Source: Rhizomicrobium sp. (GTDB lineage Bacteria; Pseudomonadota; Alphaproteobacteria; Micropepsales; Micropepsaceae). From it: a DNA stretch of 32,771 bases. Both the position numbers and the translations under genes were made by a program. Positions 27,099 through 32,771 of this stretch are shown here, piece by piece. The DNA lies in assembly GCA_049693315.1 (NCBI GenBank), contig JBAVPS010000501.1, positions 1-32,771 of the forward strand, read 5' to 3'. Below the pieces are notes generated by a model that saw only the letters and a program-made list of their open reading frames with translations, was not told the origin of the DNA and made no database searches. Position 1 is the stretch's first letter. The number at the start of each line of letters is the position of its first letter.

Positions 27099-28349
27099 TC
27101 AGGCGGCCTTAAAGGCGGCCAGCGCGTCGGGAAACGGCGACAGCGCACGCGCCAGCACCCCTTGCAGGGTTGAAATCGCCAGACCGTAATTGGTGATCGG
27201 CACCGCACAGGCACCGCATTCGACCATCCGGTTCATCATTTCCTGACGCGTCATGACACAGCCGCCGCAGTGGATCACCAGCTGGAAGGCGGCCAGATCG
27301 GGAGGAAAATCATGACCAGCTGCCTGAACAATCTGCAGATCTGCACCGGTGAACTGTTTAAGCCAGCGCGGGATTTTGACCCGACCGATATCATCCTCCA
27401 CCGGATGGTGCGAACAGCCCTCGGCAATCAATACCTTGTCGCCGTCTTTCAGGCGCCCAATAGCCCCGGCACCACGGGCCAGAAGATTAAGATCGCCCTT
27501 GAAACGGGCAAACAGAATCGAAAAGGTAGTGAGTTTGATGTCCGGCGGGGTATCGGCAACCACGCGGGCCACCACCTGAGAATCGCAGATCACCAGATCA
27601 GGCGGCTGCACCAGCCGCTTTAGCAGCGCGGCATATTCGCGATCCTTGACCACCACCGCGCAGGCGTCGTTATCCAGAAGATCGCGGATGCTCTGTACCT
27701 GTGGCAGGATCAGCCGCCCGGCTGGTGCGCCCAGATCAATCGGCACCACCAGCGCGGCAAGGCCGCCAGCGGGCATCAGATCGCCCAGAAGTATCGGTGG
27801 CGCGGTAAACAATTTGGGCTGCAAGCCGCGCACCGCGTCCCGGAAGGCAGCCCGAAAAGCCTCGCCCGCCGCACCACTGCCAATGGCCGAACCCTGCACC
27901 GTGGGCAGATGCTTTAATTCCATCAGCGCGAAGAACGTCGGCTTCGGTGTCGCCAGATCAGTTTTGTTGATCACCACCAGCACCGGCAATGCGGCGCCTT
28001 GCGCATCGCGCAGCAGGGCTTCTTCGTAATCGCTCCAGCCCGCGGCGGTGACGATAATCGCCAGCACATCGACACGCTGCAGCGCTTTCAGCGTCATCTT
28101 TAAGCGGGCCGGGCCCAGTTCAGACGCATCATCCAGCCCTGCGGTATCGATCAGCGTCACCGGGCCAAGCGGTAACAGCTCCATAGTCTTTTCGACCACA
28201 TCGGTGGTGGTGCCCGGCGTGGCTGAGGTGATCGCCACATCCTGACCGGCCAGAAGGTTGAGAAAAGTCGATTTTCCGGCATTGGTACGCCCGGCCAACC
28301 CGATATGCAGGCGGCTGGCTTTTGGGACGGCAGGCGCGGGCGCGTTCAT
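27099..28349 (-). CDS. hydF: [FeFe]-hydrogenase H-cluster maturation GTPase
   Basis: GRTNAGKS, PGTTTD, DTAG, NKTD, GRLILPQ, CDSQ, CSHH...HCGGC, ITNYG. Confidence 0.95.
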   Translation of the reverse strand: MNAPAPAVPKASRLHIGLAGRTNAGKSTFLNLLAGQDVAITSATPGTTTDVVEKTMELLPLGPVTLIDTAGLDDASELGPARLKMTLKALQRVDVLAIIVTAAGWSDYEEALLRDAQGAALPVLVVINKTDLATPKPTFFALMELKHLPTVQGSAIGSGAAGEAFRAAFRDAVRGLQPKLFTAPPILLGDLMPAGGLAALVVPIDLGAPAGRLILPQVQSIRDLLDNDACAVVVKDREYAALLKRLVQPPDLVICDSQVVARVVADTPPDIKLTTFSILFARFKGDLNLLARGAGAIGRLKDGDKVLIAEGCSHHPVEDDIGRVKIPRWLKQFTGADLQIVQAAGHDFPPDLAAFQLVIHCGGCVMTRQEMMNRMVECGACAVPITNYGLAISTLQGVLARALSPFPDALAAFKAA

Positions 28350-28351
28350 GA

Positions 28352-29746
28352 TCAGTCCTTATAGCCGAAACCGGTCAGATAGGATGGTTGCAGCACCATA
28401 TTGACCAAATCTGCACCCAATTTTTCGGTGAGAAAAGCCTTGAAGGTGACGCTGCTGCCAGCCTCCTTCAGCGCGGCATAGTCTTTGGCCAACGCGCTGG
28501 CGGTGGCATAGTCGATATGGGGAATAAAGGCAGTAATCAGTGTCGGGCTGTTAATCAGGGGGGCTGCACAAACCTCGGCATCGGCCTCGATGGCGGCAAC
28601 ATGCCCCGTCCAGGCGTCGGCCAGATGAGTCAGCATGCCAATTGATTCCAGCAGGCTGTAGGACAATAGCGGCAAAAATTCGTTGATCTGCAAGGTGCCG
28701 TGGGCGGCACATTCGCCGACAGCAAAATCATTGGCCCGCACGCTTAAACCCACTTCCAGCGCCGCCTCGGCCAGCACCGGATTAACCTTGCCCGGCATGA
28801 TCGAGGAGCCGGGCTGCAGCGGTGGCAGGCCAATCTCGCCCAGAAAATGTAATTGGCGCAGATCCCCGGCGATCTTGGAAAAATTAGTCGCCGCAGCTTT
28901 GAGAATTCCGGAAACCTCAACAAAAACATCGGCATTAGCGGTGCCGTCGATGGCATTTTCCGCCCGCGACAGCCCCATACCGGTTAAGGTGCGCAACAGC
29001 TCGATTACACGAAATATGTAACGCTGCGGCGCGGTGATGCCGGTGCCGATGGCGGTGCCGCCCAAATTCACCACCCGCAAACGCTCCTCGCACTTGAAGG
29101 CGCGCCAGCGATCGCGCGCAATCGCCTCGGCAAAGGCCGAAAACTCGCGCCCCAGCGTCATCGGCACCGCAGTTTGCAGCTCGGTCCGGCCCATTTTCAG
29201 AATACCCTGAAAAGCATTCTCGCGGTCCTGAAACGCGCCCTGCAGACGGGCCAGCGCTTCGCTTAAAAGACGCACCCCCGTGATGGCCGCCACACGCAAG
29301 GCGGTGGGATACACATCATTGGTCGACTGATGCAGGTTGACGTGATGGATCGGGTGCACGATGTCATACTGGCCCAAAGGCTTTCCCATCTGACGCAGGG
29401 CCAGATTGGCGATCACCTCGTTGACATTCATGTTGGTCGAGGTACCCGCGCCGCCCTGCAGGGCATCAAGCGGAAACGCCGCCCGGATTTCATCTGATCC
29501 GTCGCACACCGCGTCACACGCCACCATGATCGCTGCGGCAATATCTTCAGGCAGATAGCCCAGCTCGGCATTGGTCATCGCCGCTGCCTTTTTGACCGTG
29601 GCGATGGCGGCGATCAGGCAAAACGGCACGCGACGCTCACTGAAGCGAAAATTGACCCGTGCCCGCTCGGTCTGGATGCCCCACAGGCATGCCACCGGCA
29701 CCGGTACCCCCCCCAGCGCATCACGCTCAAGCCGCATTGCTGTCAT
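28352..29746 (-). CDS. aspA: Aspartate ammonia-lyase (fumarase/aspartase superfamily)
   Basis: WGIQTERA..NF, QGGAGTSTNMNVNE, HQSTNDVYPTA, KMGRTELQ, LGGTAIGTG and the signature GSSIMPGKVNPV. Confidence 0.88.
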   Translation of the reverse strand: MTAMRLERDALGGVPVPVACLWGIQTERARVNFRFSERRVPFCLIAAIATVKKAAAMTNAELGYLPEDIAAAIMVACDAVCDGSDEIRAAFPLDALQGGAGTSTNMNVNEVIANLALRQMGKPLGQYDIVHPIHHVNLHQSTNDVYPTALRVAAITGVRLLSEALARLQGAFQDRENAFQGILKMGRTELQTAVPMTLGREFSAFAEAIARDRWRAFKCEERLRVVNLGGTAIGTGITAPQRYIFRVIELLRTLTGMGLSRAENAIDGTANADVFVEVSGILKAAATNFSKIAGDLRQLHFLGEIGLPPLQPGSSIMPGKVNPVLAEAALEVGLSVRANDFAVGECAAHGTLQINEFLPLLSYSLLESIGMLTHLADAWTGHVAAIEADAEVCAAPLINSPTLITAFIPHIDYATASALAKDYAALKEAGSSVTFKAFLTEKLGADLVNMVLQPSYLTGFGYKD

Positions 29747-30861
29747 GAAGGCTCCTGTTTGCGTTTAATGGCGTGGCGGGAATCCCCCCACGCATTATAG
29801 CCAATCTTGCGCCCCGCCATGGCGATGCGCGCCTCCAGACAGGAGCGACACTCGATGGCGTTTTCATCTAGACAGGGCTTGCCGGGATAGAGCTGATAAT
29901 CGCGCCGCACCGATTGCGGCGTAATCTGTGGCATCATCACATTGGCCCCGAATTTAAGGCCCTTTTCGCGCCCGACCGGATCGAGCGCCTGCAGCGCCGT
30001 GGTGGCCGCGATGTTGACATCCGGCAGGCGAAACCGGGTGGCCGCGATCATCAGCAGCGACAGCAAAATGCGCTCTTTTAACGGCGGCACCACCGCATCA
30101 CACAGCGGGGTTTCCGGATGCGGAATGAAGGGCCCCATGCCGATCATGTCGATATCCATGCTGGCAAAGAACAGAATATCGTCGGCCAGATCTTCCACCG
30201 TCTGCCCGGGCAAACCAATCATCACCCCGGTACCGACCTGATAGCCGATGGCGCGCAAGGATTTCAGGCAATCAACCCGTGAAGCAAAACTTTGCGTCGA
30301 TGGATGCAGCTGTGCGAACAGCGCCGGGTTGGAGGATTCAATGCGCAACAGATAACGATGCGCCCCGGCTTCATACAGGCGGCGATAATCGGCATCAGAG
30401 AGCTGGCCAAGGCTCAGCGTGATGCCCAACCCTTCAGGTAATGCGTCGCTGGCGGTTTCACGTTTGATGCGTTCAATACAGCGGGCGATAAGGTCAATAA
30501 ATTTACGGTCTGCCCTCTCACCCGACTGGATCACCAGCGAGCCATAGCGGCTGTCGGCGGAAAGCTTGGCACAGGCGATGATCTCATCCTCGTCGAGGGT
30601 GAAACGATGTACTGTGGTGATAGATTTGCGAATACCGCAATAATAGCAGTCACAGGCGCAGGCGTTAGAAACTTCAATCAGTCCACGGAAGAAAACCCCG
30701 TCGCCGCATTTTTCGAGCAGCAGCTTTTCGGCCGCATCGCGAATGGCGCGGACATCTTTAGGGGCCCGCGCGTGCAAAATGGCGATCAGTCTGTCGCGGT
30801 CTGGCACAGTGCCTAAAACTGCCGGATCAAACGGTTTCGAGCCGGTTGAGCGCGGTCGCAT
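29743..30861 (-). CDS. hydE: [FeFe]-hydrogenase H-cluster radical SAM maturase
   Basis: RGLIEVSN-CxxxCxxC, IQSGE, RYLLRIE, GVMIGLPGQ, GMGPFIPH, GANVMMP, YQLYPGK and Cx7Cx2C. Start uncertain (ATG 30861 or GTG 30807). Confidence 0.92.
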   Translation of the reverse strand: MRPRSTGSKPFDPAVLGTVPDRDRLIAILHARAPKDVRAIRDAAEKLLLEKCGDGVFFRGLIEVSNACACDCYYCGIRKSITTVHRFTLDEDEIIACAKLSADSRYGSLVIQSGERADRKFIDLIARCIERIKRETASDALPEGLGITLSLGQLSDADYRRLYEAGAHRYLLRIESSNPALFAQLHPSTQSFASRVDCLKSLRAIGYQVGTGVMIGLPGQTVEDLADDILFFASMDIDMIGMGPFIPHPETPLCDAVVPPLKERILLSLLMIAATRFRLPDVNIAATTALQALDPVGREKGLKFGANVMMPQITPQSVRRDYQLYPGKPCLDENAIECRSCLEARIAMAGRKIGYNAWGDSRHAIKRKQEPS

Positions 30862-32767
30862 TGCGGTTGATGTAGCGGGTGTGGAGCAGGTCATGGCTTT
30901 TGCGCCCACAGGGCCCCTCGCGCAAATATTCGCGATAGATCCGCTGAATGTCGGGGTTTTCGTGGCTCTTGCGCACGCCAGCGGCCGCATCCTCGGCATA
31001 GAGCGCTTTGGCGCGTGCCGCACGGATTTGCGGGCTGGTGGGGATCGGCTGACCGCCGCCACCCAGGCACCCACCGGGGCAGGCCATGAATTCGATGAAG
31101 TGGCATTGCGAGAACGGGCCCTTCTGACGAATATCCTCCATCACGCGTATCGCATTGGCGGTACCGTGAGCAAGCCCGACGCGTAAGGTTACACCCTTGA
31201 GCCAGTCGAAATCGGGCACCAGATGGGCAAACAGCGGCGGCACTTTGCCCACATTTGTGATGGGTATTTCAGCCATACGCAAGCCGGTGAAACCGCGCAC
31301 CGGCTTGATGTCGGCGTGATTGAACAGAGTTTCGACTTTCTCGCCGGTTACCACCTCGATCACCGTACGCAGCGCCGCTTCCATCACCCCGCCGGTCACG
31401 CCGAAAATCACCCCCGCCCCGGACGAGGTGCCGAACGGATCATCAAAAGGCGACTTTTCCAGCGCAGGCAGATCCAGCCCGGCCTGTTTGAACATCCGGG
31501 CCATTTCGCGCGTGGTCAGGGCATAGTCGATGTCGCGGAAGCCCGAGGCATGCATTTCGGGCCGCGCCGCCTCGTATTTCTTGGCGGTGCACGGCATAAG
31601 CGAGACTGAAACAATTTTGGCCGGGTCCCAGCCATTGATCCCGGCCAGATAGGTTTTGAGCACCGCACCCATCATTTGCTGCGGACTTTTCGCGGTCGAC
31701 AGATGGGACAGGAAATCCGGGTAGAAATGCTCGAGAAATTTGATCCACCCCGGCGAGCAGGAGGTGAACTGGGGCAGCGCCGCCGCATTACCTTTCTGCA
31801 CCACACCCTGATACAGGCGGGAAATCAGCTCGGCCCCCTCCTCCATAATGGTGAGGTCGGCCGAGAATGTCGTGTCGAACACCTTGGCAAAACCGATGCG
31901 CCTCAGCGCAGTATTCATCTGAAAGGTCATCGCCGTGCCGGGCGGGCAATCGAACGCCTCACCAATGCCGGCGCGCGGGGCCGGGGCGGTCTGAATTACC
32001 ACGATCTTGTCGGGGTCTTCCAGCGCGCGCCATACCGCATCGGTATCATCGCGTTCAGTCAGCGCCCCGGTCGGACAGCGGTTGATGCACTGGCCGCAAT
32101 TGATGCACCAGGCATCCTTCATTTCGCGCCCCATAAAGGTCGAGATGCGACTGTGATCGCCCCGCCCGTCGGTGGTGAGCGCCGAAATACCCTGATAAAG
32201 CGCGCACATGCGGATACAACGACGACACAGGATGCATTTGTTCATATCGCGCTGAATGATGTTGGCCGGATCGGCCATATCGAACAGCGGCGCATCGGGG
32301 CGGCCGAAACGCTCGGTCGAAACGCCATAATCAGCACACAGTTTTTGCAGTTCACAGGAACCGTTACGAGCACAGGCGAAACAATCGCCGTAATGCTCGC
32401 TCATCATCAGTTCCAGAATATCGCGTCGGGCATGGCGGATCGCAGGACTCGAGGTGCGGATTTTCATCGGCCCGTGCACCGGCAGCGCACAGGATGCCTG
32501 CAAGGTTTTAAGCCCCTCGACCTCAACCAGACACAGCCGGCAACTCGATGGGGTCGGCAGCATGCCGGAAGCGGCAAAGCGCGCGGCATTGCTTTGTTTG
32601 TCCTCGGTCATGTCGGACTGGGCATAGAGTGCCTCAGGACACAGATCATCATGATGGCACAGGGTGGGAATGCTGATACCCGCACTACGCGCCGCCTCCA
32701 GCACCGTTGTGCCTGCGGCAACATCGATATCGGTATCATCGATACGAATGGTGATGGTCACGTCCAT
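30827..32767 (-). CDS. hydA: Group A [FeFe]-hydrogenase catalytic subunit ([2Fe-2S], His-ligated [4Fe-4S], 2x[4Fe-4S], H-cluster)
   Basis: PTLC..CRLC..SC; HYGDCFAC..C; CILCRRC..C; CINCGQC..CP; H-cluster motifs FTSCSPGW, MPCTAKKYE, EFMACPGGCLGGGGQP; C-terminal LLHT. Confidence 0.96.
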   Translation of the reverse strand: MDVTITIRIDDTDIDVAAGTTVLEAARSAGISIPTLCHHDDLCPEALYAQSDMTEDKQSNAARFAASGMLPTPSSCRLCLVEVEGLKTLQASCALPVHGPMKIRTSSPAIRHARRDILELMMSEHYGDCFACARNGSCELQKLCADYGVSTERFGRPDAPLFDMADPANIIQRDMNKCILCRRCIRMCALYQGISALTTDGRGDHSRISTFMGREMKDAWCINCGQCINRCPTGALTERDDTDAVWRALEDPDKIVVIQTAPAPRAGIGEAFDCPPGTAMTFQMNTALRRIGFAKVFDTTFSADLTIMEEGAELISRLYQGVVQKGNAAALPQFTSCSPGWIKFLEHFYPDFLSHLSTAKSPQQMMGAVLKTYLAGINGWDPAKIVSVSLMPCTAKKYEAARPEMHASGFRDIDYALTTREMARMFKQAGLDLPALEKSPFDDPFGTSSGAGVIFGVTGGVMEAALRTVIEVVTGEKVETLFNHADIKPVRGFTGLRMAEIPITNVGKVPPLFAHLVPDFDWLKGVTLRVGLAHGTANAIRVMEDIRQKGPFSQCHFIEFMACPGGCLGGGGQPIPTSPQIRAARAKALYAEDAAAGVRKSHENPDIQRIYREYLREGPCGRKSHDLLHTRYINRNATALNRLETV

Positions 32768-32771
32768 GGCA

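Noticed and set aside
30862..31074. N-terminal extension of HydE, or a HydA-HydE frameshift fusion
   Set aside because: The extension is an alternative frame of the conserved HydA C-terminus. HydA ends normally after LLHT and no slippery site was seen.
26900..32771. Hydrogenase operon as a recent mobile island
   Set aside because: No integrase, transposase, tRNA or flanking direct repeat is visible, and base composition looks similar to the rest of the window by eye.

Overview
GC-rich alphaproteobacterial chromosome segment, identified by gcrA divergent from argD-argF plus Hsp33 and TadE genes. A fermentative Rhizomicrobium-like host is only my inference. Left to right: an AGE-family sugar epimerase with its terminator and a RIME/CIR/BRU-RS-like palindromic repeat; a membrane AbrB protein; hslO; a three-gene block between argF and hslO (stand-alone FlhB C-terminal protein, ~890-aa FliK-like protein with a mucin-like core, sulfotransferase-fold protein); argF and argD; gcrA with two perfect DnaA boxes upstream; two orphan TadE-like pseudopilins; dsbB; a YgjP/M48-like metallohydrolase; a PAS protein; a TetR-HlyD-ABC efflux operon; a processive GT2 and a CHAP lipoprotein; two tandem kup genes; rlmI; a second PAS protein; an XRE regulator. 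The window ends in a tightly coupled [FeFe]-hydrogenase operon, hydA-hydE-aspA-hydF. The most notable items are the aspartate ammonia-lyase embedded between the H-cluster maturases, a ~28-aa insertion in the HydA [2Fe-2S] loop, and the FliK-like/FlhB-C/sulfotransferase block. No CRISPR array, tRNA, rRNA or transposase was seen. All calls come from reading motifs by eye; no database searches were run.
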